DNA of 63,825 bases, filler included. It is 4 parts of 4 records of this genome, joined end to end, with 100 filler letters (N's around TTAATTAATTAA, not from the genome) between each part and the next. Parts side by side here need not be neighbours in the genome. Positions count along the whole stretch, not along the records: positions 1 to 29,947 come from SRR2962707_5068; 3 more parts are not named here. The stretch is one strand, 5' to 3'. Of this stretch, positions 10,358-20,199 are shown one piece after another. Below the pieces are notes generated by a model. That model saw nothing but the letters and a program-made list of their open reading frames with translations. It had not been told where the DNA came from and searched no databases. How positions within the stretch are numbered: position 1 is the first letter of the stretch; each line of letters begins with the position of its first letter. The translations under genes were made by a program, and so were the position numbers.

Positions 10358-11314
10358 ATGAATCCGAAGACTTCTTCTTCTTCGGAGCGGCGCGTGACAC
10401 GAGAAAAGAACCAGACCCACCTCACCCGCACCCGCCTCGCGCTCGGCATGGCGGTCTTCGGCTCGGCGACGCCGGTGAGCAAGATCGTGACGGGGGCGAT
10501 GCCGGTCTTTGTCGGCTCGGCGCTGCGTGTCGCCCTCGGCGCGCTCGTGCTCGCGCCCTTCGCGTGGCGCAGCCGGGGCCAGGTGAGGGAGTTCAGCTGC
10601 GAGGACTGGCTTCTCGTTTGCCTGATCGCGCTTTTCGGCATGTTCGGCTTTTCGGCGCTGATGCTCTACGGCATGAAAATGATCTCGGGCGTCGGCGGCG
10701 CCATCGTCATGAGCACAGCGCCCGCCGTCACGGCCGCGGCCTCCATGCTCTTCTTCGGCGATCACCCCACCTGGCGGAAACTCGCCGCCATCGCGCTCGC
10801 CGTCGCAGGCGTGTTGATGCTCCAGCTCGGGCAGGGCGGGGAAGAAAATTCCTCCGGCGCAGAAATGTGGCTCGGCGCCGGGCTCATCTTTGCTGCCGTC
10901 TGCTGCGAGGCGAGCTACACGCTGCTCGGCAAGCGCATGTCGGAACATGTGGATCCCGTTCTCGTCGCCTTTCTCGCGGCGGCCCTGTCGATCCCGCTCT
11001 TTCTTCCCTTTGCGCTGTGGCAGCTATCCGGCTTCGATTTCGCGAGCGTCGGCGCGGGCGCATGGGCCGCCGTGATCTGGTACGGTGCGGGCACGCTCTC
11101 GCTTGGCACATGGCTCTGGTATTCGGGGCTGGCGAAGGCGGAAGGCGTCGTCGCCGCTGCCTTCATGGGCGTGATGCCCGCCTCTGCGTTGATCCTCTCC
11201 TATCTGCTGCTCGGCGAGGAATTCCGCTGGATACACATGGCCGGTTTCGGCACGGTTTTCGCCGGAGTCCTGCTGATTTCCTGGGAACATGCGCGGATGA
11301 GCGAGCACGCGTGA
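10358..11314 (+). CDS. DMT/EamA family transporter
   Basis: About 10 hydrophobic helices in two EamA repeats. Confidence 0.85.
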   Translation: MNPKTSSSSERRVTREKNQTHLTRTRLALGMAVFGSATPVSKIVTGAMPVFVGSALRVALGALVLAPFAWRSRGQVREFSCEDWLLVCLIALFGMFGFSALMLYGMKMISGVGGAIVMSTAPAVTAAASMLFFGDHPTWRKLAAIALAVAGVLMLQLGQGGEENSSGAEMWLGAGLIFAAVCCEASYTLLGKRMSEHVDPVLVAFLAAALSIPLFLPFALWQLSGFDFASVGAGAWAAVIWYGAGTLSLGTWLWYSGLAKAEGVVAAAFMGVMPASALILSYLLLGEEFRWIHMAGFGTVFAGVLLISWEHARMSEHA

Positions 11315-11345
11315 TCCAGGCCCTTCGGCCTCGGCGCTTCGCGAT

Positions 11346-11371
11346 GGAACTTTGTCTCCCCATGCCGCGTT
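11346..11371 (+). promoter_or_regulatory. Putative EcfG (sigma-T/RpoE2) general-stress promoter
   Basis: GGAAC-N17-CGTT ending 50 nt upstream of the ATG at 11422. Confidence 0.65.
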
Positions 11372-11421
11372 TCTTCACTCAGGCGATCGGCGCCGGGGAA
11401 TGAAGGACTCTGCCAAGCCTG

Positions 11422-11928
11422 ATGATCGTCTGGCTCAAAATCATCCACATAGCGGCAATCTCGGTATGGATGGCGGGTCTTCTCGCCTTGCCCGGGCTCT
11501 ACGTCCAGCGCGTCCATGTGGCCGACAAGGACGCGCTCTACCGGCTGCAGCGCATGGTGCGTTTCGCCTATCTGAAGCTTGTTTCTCCCGCTGCCTTCCT
11601 CGCGATCGCGAGCGGAACGGGACTGATTTTCGCGCGCGATGTCTTCGTGCCATGGATGTCTGCCAAGCTCGCGCTCGTGGGCGTGCTTGTGGTGCTGCAT
11701 ACTCTCACCGGACTGATCATCCTGAGGCTCTTCCAGGAAGGGCAGGTCTACCCCGTATGGCGCTTCCTCGGCGCCGTGATCGCGGTCCTCACCTTGATCG
11801 GCGGTGTGCTCTTCCTCGTCCTTGCCAAGCCCGTTTTCGATCCCGAAGCCTTGCTGCCAGCAATCCTGGGAGAACCTGGCGGGCTGAAGCGGCTTGCCGA
11901 GGATCTCAATCTCTGGACGACACCATGA
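11422..11928 (+). CDS. CopD/HemJ (UPF0093)-like membrane protein
   Basis: WLKIIHIAAISVWMAGL..LP and W...KL.LV..LV..H motifs; 4 TM helices. Confidence 0.7.
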   Translation: MIVWLKIIHIAAISVWMAGLLALPGLYVQRVHVADKDALYRLQRMVRFAYLKLVSPAAFLAIASGTGLIFARDVFVPWMSAKLALVGVLVVLHTLTGLIILRLFQEGQVYPVWRFLGAVIAVLTLIGGVLFLVLAKPVFDPEALLPAILGEPGGLKRLAEDLNLWTTP

Positions 11929-12406
11929 GGCCGATACCGTGATGGAATATCAGTTTGCCGCCGTGCCACCCGGCGAGCCCGGTGAGCGCGGTCGCCAGCA
12001 AGGAGAGAAGAAGCCCGTGCGGCAGGATGCTGTCCGCCGCGAAAAGGCGGAGGCCCCAGTTCAGGCCAGCGACCGAGAGCAGCATCATCGCGGCAACGCC
12101 ATGCGCCCAGCTTGCGACGCGGCCGCGAATACCGGGCACCAGCAGCAACTCCGCCGTCCCGGCGAGCCCCGCGACGACGCCCGTCGCAAAGGCGAAGCCC
12201 GCAGACCAGAGCCCGGCACGAACCCAGAATGTATCGCCGGTCCACCAGTAGAATACGTCGGCGCCGAGCGTCGCGATGACGAGCGCGATCGGAAAATGCA
12301 CGCTCATCGCATGCAGCGGATGTCCCGCCACGGCGACGGCGGAGACAACATCCTTCTCGGCGATTTTCGCCTCGACCGGGTTTTGCGGGTCGCCAACTTC
12401 GCTCAT
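11906..12406 (-). CDS. DUF2231-family membrane protein
   Basis: AGHPLHAM.VHFPIA, AWAHG, GWHGGKL; ATG 12406 after AGGAGG. Confidence 0.82.
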   Translation of the reverse strand: MSEVGDPQNPVEAKIAEKDVVSAVAVAGHPLHAMSVHFPIALVIATLGADVFYWWTGDTFWVRAGLWSAGFAFATGVVAGLAGTAELLLVPGIRGRVASWAHGVAAMMLLSVAGLNWGLRLFAADSILPHGLLLSLLATALTGLAGWHGGKLIFHHGIGLMVSSRD

Positions 12407-12429
12407 CGCTCTCCTCCTGTTGCAAGCAT

Positions 12430-12455
12430 AAGCGTTTTGCGGCGCGTTACGTTCC
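12430..12455 (-). promoter_or_regulatory. Possible EcfG-type promoter of the DUF2231 gene
   Basis: Minus strand GGAAC-N17-GCTT (variant -10). Confidence 0.45.
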
Positions 12456-13135
12456 GGATTCTCGCATCGAGCGCCGCCAGTGCCGCTCTTGCCTCCTGCG
12501 GCGGCGACCTCTCGGTGCTCGATCCCGCAAGCCCCGCCGCGAGCGACATCGCGACCTTGTGGTGGGCCATGCTCGCGGGCGGCACGGTGCTTTTTCTGCT
12601 GGTCATGGGGCTCTTCGCCCTCGTGATGCTCAAGCCCGGCTTCGGCCGCCGCTACACCGCACGAAGATGGATCGTCGCCGGCGGCCTGCTCATGCCCATC
12701 CCCATTCTCGCGGTCCTGCTCGCCTTTGCCTTCGCTCAGGGAGAGGCGCATCTGCCCTGGCGCGGCGACCACAATCCAGTGCGGATCGAGGCGCGGGCGC
12801 ATATGTGGTTCTGGGAATTCCACTACCTCGACTATCCCGGCACCGAACCCACCATCGGCGTCATGCACGTACCCGTGCGCTACGACGTCGACGTGATCGC
12901 GACGAGCGACAATGTCATTCACGGCTTCTGGGTGCCGCGACTGGGCGGCAAGGTCGATGCGACGCCCGGGCATGAAAGTGTTGTCCGCCTCTATGCCGAC
13001 AGACGGGGAGGCTATGGCGGCGTCTGCGCGGAGTATTGCGGCACCGGTCACACCCGAATGGACTTCCGCGTCGAGGCGCATGCCCCGGCGGACTTTCGCG
13101 CCGCCATCGGCGCGGCCGGGGAGGGCGCGCCATGA
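12437..13135 (+). CDS. coxB: Cytochrome c oxidase subunit II (CuA), probable lipoprotein
   Basis: Lipobox-like ALASC, two TM helices, HMWFWEF, VIHGFWVP, CAEYCGTGHTRM; start uncertain (TTG 12437). Confidence 0.85.
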   Translation: MRRVTFRILASSAASAALASCGGDLSVLDPASPAASDIATLWWAMLAGGTVLFLLVMGLFALVMLKPGFGRRYTARRWIVAGGLLMPIPILAVLLAFAFAQGEAHLPWRGDHNPVRIEARAHMWFWEFHYLDYPGTEPTIGVMHVPVRYDVDVIATSDNVIHGFWVPRLGGKVDATPGHESVVRLYADRRGGYGGVCAEYCGTGHTRMDFRVEAHAPADFRAAIGAAGEGAP

Positions 13136-15654
13136 GCACGGACATGAGCACGGAAAAGCCCGCAACGTCGCTTCGCCTGCACCGGCAATTGACGGATGTC
13201 TGGGGCACGCCGCCGGGCCTTGGCCGGCTCTCCGCGGTCAACCACTCCTCGCTCGGCATCCGTTTCATGGCCGCCGCCGGTATTTTCTTCTGCATCGGCG
13301 GTCTGCTCGCCATGTTGATCCGCGTGCAACTGGCGTCCCCCGGCAGCCCCTTCATGGATGAAGGCCTCTACGCGCAGGTCTTCACCATGCACGGCACGAT
13401 CATGATGTTCCTCTTCGCAATCCCGCTGATCGAGGGCTTCGCGATCTACCTCCTGCCGAAACTTCTCGGCGCGAGAGATCTCGCCTTCCCGCGCCTCACG
13501 GCCTACGGCTTCTGGTGCTACGTCCTCGGTGGATCGATGCTCATCGCGGCGCTGGCGGCGGGCGTCGCGCCGGATGCGGGGTGGTTCATGTACACGCCGC
13601 TGTCATCCAGCATCTATTCGCCCGGCATCAATGCGGATGTATGGCTGCTCGGCGTCACCTTCGTCGAAATTTCCGCCGTCTGCGCTGCGGTCGAAATTCT
13701 CGTCAGCATATTGAAGCTGCGCGCGCCCGGAATGTCGCTTGCGCGCATGCCGATCTTCGCCTGGTACATGCTTGTGGTGGCGGCGATGATGCTCTTTGCC
13801 TTCCCGCCGCTCATTCTCGGTTCGATCCTGCTCGAAACCGAGCGCGCGTTCGGCCTGCCATTTTTCGATCCCGAGCGCGGCGGTGATCCCCTGCTGTGGC
13901 AGCACCTCTTCTGGCTGTTCGGGCATCCCGAGGTCTACATCATCTTTCTGCCTGCGGCGGGCATACTGTCGACGCTCATTCCCGTCTTCTCCGGCCAGCC
14001 GCTCCTCGGCTACCGCGCCGTGGTCGTCGCCATCGTCTCGATGGCGTTTCTCTCCTTCGGCCTCTGGGTCCACCACATGTACATGGTGGGAATTTCCCAT
14101 CTGGCGATGGCCTTCTTCTCCGCCGCAAGCGCGCTCGTCGCCGTGCCGACGGCGATACAGATATTCGCCTGGCTCGCCACCATGGCTCATGGCCGTCCGC
14201 GCTTCGCCGTGCCGATGCTTTATGTCTTCGGCTTCTTTTTCGTGTTTGTGCTTGGCGGGCTCACCGGCGTCATGCTCGCCATGATGCCTTTCGACAAGCA
14301 GGCGCATGACACGCACTTCGTGGTGGCGCATCTTCACTATGTGCTGATCGGCGGCTTCGTCTTCCCGATGCTTGCGGGCGCCTATTACTGGCTGCCGCAC
14401 ATGACCGGGCGGATACCCGTCCAGCACTTGTCGAACGCCGCCTTCTGGCTGGTCTTCACCGGCTTCAACGTGACCTTCCTCGTCATGCACCTGACCGGCC
14501 TGCTCGGCATGCCGCGCCGGGTTCACACTTATGCGGAAGGCTCCGGCTGGGAATGGTTGAACCTCGCCTCCTCGCTCGGCAGCTTCCTGATGGCCATCGG
14601 GTTTGCCCTGGTGCTGGTCGATTTCGTGCTTCAGTTCCGCTATGGCCGTGCCTTTCCGCGCAACCCGTGGAAAGCCGCCACTCTCGATTGGGCGATGGCG
14701 GTGCCGCCGACGCGCTACAACTTTGCTTCGCTGCCGCATGTCGAAGACAGGGCCGACCGGATCGACCCTCGCGCAATGGGTGCGGAGCTTGCTGCCGGCC
14801 GCGGATATCTCGGCTTCGTGCGGGAAGGGCGGATGGAAACGCTCGGTGTCGGCATGGCGGATGGCCGCCTCGAGCAAATCGTCCACCTGCCGCAGAATAC
14901 ATTTCTTCCGTTATGGACGGCGCTCGCGACCGGCGCGTTCTTCGTTGCGATGCTGGCGAAGGTCTATTGGGTGGTGCCGGTCGCGCTTGCCGCGACGCTG
15001 GTCCTTTTCCTCATGTGGACGCGGGCGACGGGGCAGCGGAGCGACAGGGGACCTCTTCCCGTGGGGCGCGGCGCATCGGCCCTCCCGCATGTGGAATGCG
15101 CGAACGCGCCGTCCTGGTGGGCCATGCTCTTCACGCTTCTCGCCGACGCGACGCTTTATGCATCGCTGATCTTCGGCGGTCTCTTTCTCTGGAATTCCGC
15201 GCCCGGCTGGCCCTCCGGTCAGCCGCCGCAGACCGGCCTTGCGTTATCGCTCTTCGCGGCGGCGATGCTCGGCGCGGCCGGAGCGGCGGGCGTCTTTGGC
15301 GCGAGGCGTGCGGGAAGCCGCCCGCGCAACTGGCTCCTCGTCTGCGCCGCGTCTCATGCCGCCTCGACCGTCTGCCTGCTCTGGATGGCGCTGGCGGGCA
15401 CACCGGGGCGCATGGATCACGCGCTCTCGGCCACCTGCTTCGTCATTCTCTGCTACGCGGCATTTCATACCGCGCTCGGCGCGGTCTTCGCGCTTTATGG
15501 CGTCTGGCGCGATGCAAACGGATATGTGTCCGCGCGGCGCTCCCTCGATTTGAGGATCGGCCGCCTCTGGCATGTTTACGCGGCGGGTGCGGGTCTCCTT
15601 GCCCTTGCCTTCATTCATATGCTGGTTGCCCTCGGCAGCGGGGGAGGCGCCTGA
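13132..15654 (+). CDS. coxA: Heme-copper oxidase subunit I (A1 type) with fused C-terminal subunit III-like domain
   Basis: TMHGT, GHPEVY, WVHHM, AHLHY, GMPRR; ~840 aa with extra hydrophobic C-terminal region ending ..LWHVY. Confidence 0.9.
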   Translation: MSTDMSTEKPATSLRLHRQLTDVWGTPPGLGRLSAVNHSSLGIRFMAAAGIFFCIGGLLAMLIRVQLASPGSPFMDEGLYAQVFTMHGTIMMFLFAIPLIEGFAIYLLPKLLGARDLAFPRLTAYGFWCYVLGGSMLIAALAAGVAPDAGWFMYTPLSSSIYSPGINADVWLLGVTFVEISAVCAAVEILVSILKLRAPGMSLARMPIFAWYMLVVAAMMLFAFPPLILGSILLETERAFGLPFFDPERGGDPLLWQHLFWLFGHPEVYIIFLPAAGILSTLIPVFSGQPLLGYRAVVVAIVSMAFLSFGLWVHHMYMVGISHLAMAFFSAASALVAVPTAIQIFAWLATMAHGRPRFAVPMLYVFGFFFVFVLGGLTGVMLAMMPFDKQAHDTHFVVAHLHYVLIGGFVFPMLAGAYYWLPHMTGRIPVQHLSNAAFWLVFTGFNVTFLVMHLTGLLGMPRRVHTYAEGSGWEWLNLASSLGSFLMAIGFALVLVDFVLQFRYGRAFPRNPWKAATLDWAMAVPPTRYNFASLPHVEDRADRIDPRAMGAELAAGRGYLGFVREGRMETLGVGMADGRLEQIVHLPQNTFLPLWTALATGAFFVAMLAKVYWVVPVALAATLVLFLMWTRATGQRSDRGPLPVGRGASALPHVECANAPSWWAMLFTLLADATLYASLIFGGLFLWNSAPGWPSGQPPQTGLALSLFAAAMLGAAGAAGVFGARRAGSRPRNWLLVCAASHAASTVCLLWMALAGTPGRMDHALSATCFVILCYAAFHTALGAVFALYGVWRDANGYVSARRSLDLRIGRLWHVYAAGAGLLALAFIHMLVALGSGGGA

Positions 15655-15989
15655 TGCACGAGCCGCGTCAGGGAAAAGCCGTGCTGTTGCTGATGGCAGG
15701 CTTCGCCATCTGGGGCGCCGCCTTCTTCCAGCTTTATGCGACGCAAGCCGTCGGCTGCGCGTTGGGCTGGAACGGCATCGATGTCGCCGGACCGTTAACG
15801 CTGCAGCGTGCGCTGCTCGTGGTGTCCTTCCTCGGCTGGATCGCGGCGCATCTCGCACTCTACCTGAAGATGCGGCGGGCGCGGGCGCCGGGGTTCCTGT
15901 TCCGCACCGCCACCGACCTCGCGCTCGCGGCGTTCGGCTCGGCGCTCTTCACCTTCAGCGGCGTTCTGTGGCTCTCACCTTGCCTCTGA
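15654..15989 (+). CDS. Small membrane protein coupled to the oxidase operon
   Basis: TGATG overlap with subunit I; 111 aa, 3 hydrophobic segments. Confidence 0.7.
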   Translation: MHEPRQGKAVLLLMAGFAIWGAAFFQLYATQAVGCALGWNGIDVAGPLTLQRALLVVSFLGWIAAHLALYLKMRRARAPGFLFRTATDLALAAFGSALFTFSGVLWLSPCL

Positions 15990-16175
15990 GCGTCGCGAAA
16001 CGGCACGATTTTCGTCGGTGTCCTGCGGATTTTCGGAAAGCATCGTTGGCGGACATCAACTAATGCCGATCATGAATCCGCACGGGAAAGCCTGTGCAGC
16101 GGTGCGCGGATGACTAAAACGACCATTTGAGTTAGGATTTCCCCGAGTCCGCCCGGAGAGTAATTTCTTCGGGAG

Positions 16176-16796
16176 ATGCTCCAGCTACGAGCTGCTCCCG
16201 GAGGCGGTCAATTGCTAAATGATTCCATAAGGTTCCATCTGCGCGCGTGCACCGCGGCCACGCATGCACGTCTCGACGCATCAATCAGTCTTTTTGAATC
16301 GCGCGAAGCCTATCGGCGTTACTTGCCCGGTATGCTTGCCTTTCGCGAAGCGGCGGAAGACGCTGTAACGCAGGCAATTTATCCTGACTGGTTTGAAAAC
16401 TGGCGTCCACGGACGATTGCGGCTGCCCTGCGGGCCGATATGGATGATCTCGGCATGGATGTGCCGGAGGAAACCTACCGCCGCCACGATCTCGGGCATG
16501 CCGTGACCGGCTCGGCGTCCTTGCTCGGCACGCTTTATGTGCTCGAAGGCTCCGCGCTCGGCGCGCGTCTTCTTTACGCGAGAGCGAAGGAACTGGGACT
16601 CGACGAAAATTTCGGTGCGCGGCATCTTGCGCTGCAAACTCGGCACAAGGAGAGCTGGCGGGATTTTGTGAGCATCATGGAGCGCGCAGGCGCGATCGTG
16701 GACAAGGATGAGGCCGGCAAGGCCTCCGTGCTCACCTTCGATCTGGCCGAGCGGCGACTGACAATGGAAGTGACGAAAGAAGAGAATGAGGCCTGA
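16176..16796 (+). CDS. bphO: Biliverdin-producing heme oxygenase
   Basis: LR..T...H, LYVLEGSALG motif; overlaps the phytochrome start; alternative start TTG 16212 has GGAGG. Confidence 0.88.
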   Translation: MLQLRAAPGGGQLLNDSIRFHLRACTAATHARLDASISLFESREAYRRYLPGMLAFREAAEDAVTQAIYPDWFENWRPRTIAAALRADMDDLGMDVPEETYRRHDLGHAVTGSASLLGTLYVLEGSALGARLLYARAKELGLDENFGARHLALQTRHKESWRDFVSIMERAGAIVDKDEAGKASVLTFDLAERRLTMEVTKEENEA

Positions 16797-19326
16797 CAAA
16801 GCCGTCGATCTGACGAACTGCGATCGCGAGCCGATCCATGTTCCCGGCAGCATCCAGCCCCACGGATGCCTGCTCGCCTGCGATGCTGCCGCCGTGACGG
16901 TAACGCGGCATTCTCTTAATGCGCCGGAATTGCTCTCCCTTGACGGAAACCCGAACGGTCGCACGCTGGATGCCGTCATTGGTGAGAACGCAGTGCACAC
17001 GATCAGGAATGTCCTCGCCAGCGCGAGCGGCTCAACGCGGCCTGGCCTCCTGTTCGGCATCCAGCTGCCTTCCGGCGACTTCTTCGACGTCGCAGCTCAC
17101 CAATATGGCGGCGCCGTCATTCTGGAGTTCGAACCGGTGCGGGATGCGGCGGTCCAGCCGCTTGAGCTTGCGCGAAACCTGATCGGCCGGGTCATTTCCA
17201 TCGTCGATGTGGACAAACTCGTCAAGGGCACATCGCGCATCGCCCGCGCCATGCTCGGTTACGACCGGGTGATGGTTTACCGCTTCGAGCAGGACGGCGC
17301 GGGCAAGGTCGCCAGCGAGTCAAAACGCGCGGATCTCGAAAGCTTCATGGGCCAGTACTTCCCGGCCGGCGATATTCCCGTGCAGGCGCGCGAACTCTAC
17401 CTGAAGAACACCATACGCATCATTTCCAATGCGGATTGCGTCCGCATCGCGCTCGAACCGGAACTCGACGCTTCCGGCGCGCCGCTCGATCTGTCTTTTG
17501 CGCATCTGCGCAGCGTGTCGCCCATTCACTGCGAGTACCTGCGCAATATGGGCGTCGGCGCGTCGATGTCGATCTCCGTAATCGTCGACGGAAGACTTTG
17601 GGGCATGATCGCGTGCCATCACTACAGTCCGCGCATTTTGACGATGGCCGAACGCGTGGCCGCGGAAATGTTCGGTGAATTCTTCTCGCTTCACCTGAAT
17701 ATGCTGAAGCAGAAGCGAAAGCTCGAAGCGGCGACGAGAGCCCGCGCCTCGCTGGACCGTTTTCTGCGCGTCGCGGCGAGGACAACGGATATCGGCGAGA
17801 CACTGCGGGAAGACTTGCCGAATTTCGGCAGTCTGGTTCCCTGCGACGGTGTCGGTATGTGGTTCAACGGCCGTTGGACCGCGACGGGCACCACGCCGCC
17901 CGATGGCGCCGTGCAGGCGCTCGTTGCGCTGGCCGAGCAACGTGCCGCAGGCCGCATCTGGTTCACGCACTGTCTCGCGGACGAACTGCCCGAGGCCGAA
18001 GCCTATGCCGAGCTCGGTGCCGGTGTGCTGGTGGTGCCGCTGTCGCAGCGTCCGCGTGACTACGTCTTCTTTTTCCGCCGGGAGATTGTTCACACGCTCG
18101 ACTGGGCGGGCAACCCGGAGAAGTCCTACAGCACGGGCCCGATGGGTGACCGGCTGACACCGCGCAAGAGTTTCGCCATCTGGAAGGAAACGGTCCATCT
18201 CCAGTCGAACCCGTGGACGGAGGAGGAGAGCGATATCGGCGAAGCCATGCGCGCGGCTCTTGTCGAAGTCGTCCTTCATCACAGCGAAATGCTGGCGGAT
18301 GAACGCGCAAAGGCAGACCTGCGTCAGCGCATGCTGAACGAGGAACTGAACCACCGGGTCAAGAACATCCTCGCGGTCATCAAATCGCTGGTCACGCACC
18401 CCGCGCGCGAGGAACAGACGCTGGAAGCCTATGTCGACGCGCTGCGCGGCCGCCTCCAGGCGCTCGCCTTCGCGCATGATCAGGTCGTGCGGACCGATGG
18501 CGGCGGTGCGTTCAAGGAACTGCTCGAAGCGGAACTGACGCCCTACAAGAACGAGGAAACGGAGATCATCCTCGATGGCAGCGCTGTTTGGCTCGATGCC
18601 CGTGCCTTCTCCGTCATGGCTCTGATGCTGCACGAACTGTCGACCAACGCCGCCAAGTATGGCGCGCTCTCCCGCGCTGGCGGAAATCTTTCGGTAAGCT
18701 GGTCGCTCGATGAGAGCGGCGCTTGCGTCATTGTATGGAAAGAGCGGGGCGGGCCCGCCGTCTCGCCGCCTGCCACCCGCGGCTTCGGCTCCGTACTCAT
18801 CGAACGAAGCATCCCCTTCGATCTCGGCGGAGAAAGCGCGACCGAGTTCAAACCGGAAGGCCTTGAGGCGCGGTTCAAGATTCCCGCCCGCCATCTTCTC
18901 GCTGAAGGAAAGTCGGCGCCCGCCCGGCAGGTGGAAGTCATGGCGCCTCCCCCTGCCGGAGCTTCCCTCGAAGGCGCGCGCATTCTCATCGTCGAGGACG
19001 AAATGCTCATTGCTCTCGATCTCGAGCAGATGCTTGCAGACAGGGGCGCCGAGAAAACGGAAACCGCGTCTTCCGCCGACGAAGCAATCGCGTCCCTGGT
19101 GGATTTCCAGCCGCACGCCGCCATTCTCGATGTCAATCTGGGCGACGGGACTTCCGCGCTTGTGGCGGACGAACTGACGAAGCGCGGCATACCCTTCACC
19201 TTCGCGACGGGATATGGCGACCGGTCGATGTTGCCGGAACGGTTCATTTCCGCGCCGGTCGTGCGCAAGCCTTATGACGCGATCACAATCTCGCGTCAGC
19301 TTGCACAGCTTCTCGGGCGTACCTGA
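16786..19326 (+). CDS. bphP: Bacteriophytochrome PAS-GAF-PHY with HWE histidine kinase and receiver domain (Agp2-like)
   Basis: LTNCDREPIH (biliverdin Cys), DIP, SPIHCEY, PRKSF, ELNHRVKN, HELSTNAAKYGAL, WKE, VEDE..ILDVNL. Confidence 0.95.
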   Translation: MRPDKAVDLTNCDREPIHVPGSIQPHGCLLACDAAAVTVTRHSLNAPELLSLDGNPNGRTLDAVIGENAVHTIRNVLASASGSTRPGLLFGIQLPSGDFFDVAAHQYGGAVILEFEPVRDAAVQPLELARNLIGRVISIVDVDKLVKGTSRIARAMLGYDRVMVYRFEQDGAGKVASESKRADLESFMGQYFPAGDIPVQARELYLKNTIRIISNADCVRIALEPELDASGAPLDLSFAHLRSVSPIHCEYLRNMGVGASMSISVIVDGRLWGMIACHHYSPRILTMAERVAAEMFGEFFSLHLNMLKQKRKLEAATRARASLDRFLRVAARTTDIGETLREDLPNFGSLVPCDGVGMWFNGRWTATGTTPPDGAVQALVALAEQRAAGRIWFTHCLADELPEAEAYAELGAGVLVVPLSQRPRDYVFFFRREIVHTLDWAGNPEKSYSTGPMGDRLTPRKSFAIWKETVHLQSNPWTEEESDIGEAMRAALVEVVLHHSEMLADERAKADLRQRMLNEELNHRVKNILAVIKSLVTHPAREEQTLEAYVDALRGRLQALAFAHDQVVRTDGGGAFKELLEAELTPYKNEETEIILDGSAVWLDARAFSVMALMLHELSTNAAKYGALSRAGGNLSVSWSLDESGACVIVWKERGGPAVSPPATRGFGSVLIERSIPFDLGGESATEFKPEGLEARFKIPARHLLAEGKSAPARQVEVMAPPPAGASLEGARILIVEDEMLIALDLEQMLADRGAEKTETASSADEAIASLVDFQPHAAILDVNLGDGTSALVADELTKRGIPFTFATGYGDRSMLPERFISAPVVRKPYDAITISRQLAQLLGRT

Positions 19327-19328
19327 TT

Positions 19329-20126
19329 TCAGGAACCGGTCTGCTGCTTGCCCCGGCTCTGGATGCCCGCGCGGCGTTCGGCGATTGAATCCGAAGAGAC
19401 GGATTTGTTGGCCGCGCTCGAAACCTTGCGCTCCGTCTTCAGGGCGTCGCCGAAGCTCTCCGCAAAGCCTTGATTGATGAGACCCTTGTAGCGCGACAGG
19501 CATTCCGGCACGACGCTCAGCATGTCGTCGGCAAGCTTGCGGGCCACAGGCAGCAATTCTTCCGCCGTCACCACGCGGTTGATCATGCCCCAGTCTTCCG
19601 CCTGTTGTGCGGAGAGGAAGTTGCCGGTGAGCGACAGCTCTTTCGCGCGGTAGATGCCGATGACGCGGCTGAGCTTCTGGCTGAGGCCCCAGCCCGGCAG
19701 GATGCCGACGCGCGCATGGGTGTCGGCGAAGCGCGCATTTTCCGAGCAGACAAGCACATCGCAGGCGAGCGCCAGCTCGAAGCCGCCCGTGATCGCGACG
19801 CCGTTGATCGCGCCGATGACCGGCCCGGAGAAACCGTTGATCGACGTCACGGGGTCCTTGTCGTTCACCGTGGCGTTGACGCCGCCTCCGCCGCCTGCCG
19901 CGCTCGCATCGCCGCCCAGTTCCTTGAGGTCGAGGCCGGCGCAAAAAGCCTTGCCCGCACCGGTCAGGATCGCAACGCGAATGTTCTCATCCGCTTCGAG
20001 TTCCTCGAAAGTCTCGGCGATGGCGGTGCGCAGGTCGCGCGACAACGCGTTCATCGCGCCCGGACGGTTGAGTGTCACCGTCGCAACGGCACCGGACTTT
20101 TCGACAAGAATGACGGGCTCGGACAT
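19329..20126 (-). CDS. Enoyl-CoA hydratase/isomerase family protein
   Basis: LNRP..MNAL, FCAGLDL, GGFELAL. Confidence 0.92.
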   Translation of the reverse strand: MSEPVILVEKSGAVATVTLNRPGAMNALSRDLRTAIAETFEELEADENIRVAILTGAGKAFCAGLDLKELGGDASAAGGGGGVNATVNDKDPVTSINGFSGPVIGAINGVAITGGFELALACDVLVCSENARFADTHARVGILPGWGLSQKLSRVIGIYRAKELSLTGNFLSAQQAEDWGMINRVVTAEELLPVARKLADDMLSVVPECLSRYKGLINQGFAESFGDALKTERKVSSAANKSVSSDSIAERRAGIQSRGKQQTGS

Positions 20127-20199
20127 GGGACTACCTCCAGAGTGAATATCTTTGGCGCTGTTCTATCGGGATTGGGGTTCCCTCGCAATCAACCCCAGG

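Noticed and set aside
9160-19326. Calling the accessory block a defined mobile element
   Set aside because: No integrase, transposase, tRNA target or flanking direct repeats found by eye; kept only as a hypothesis
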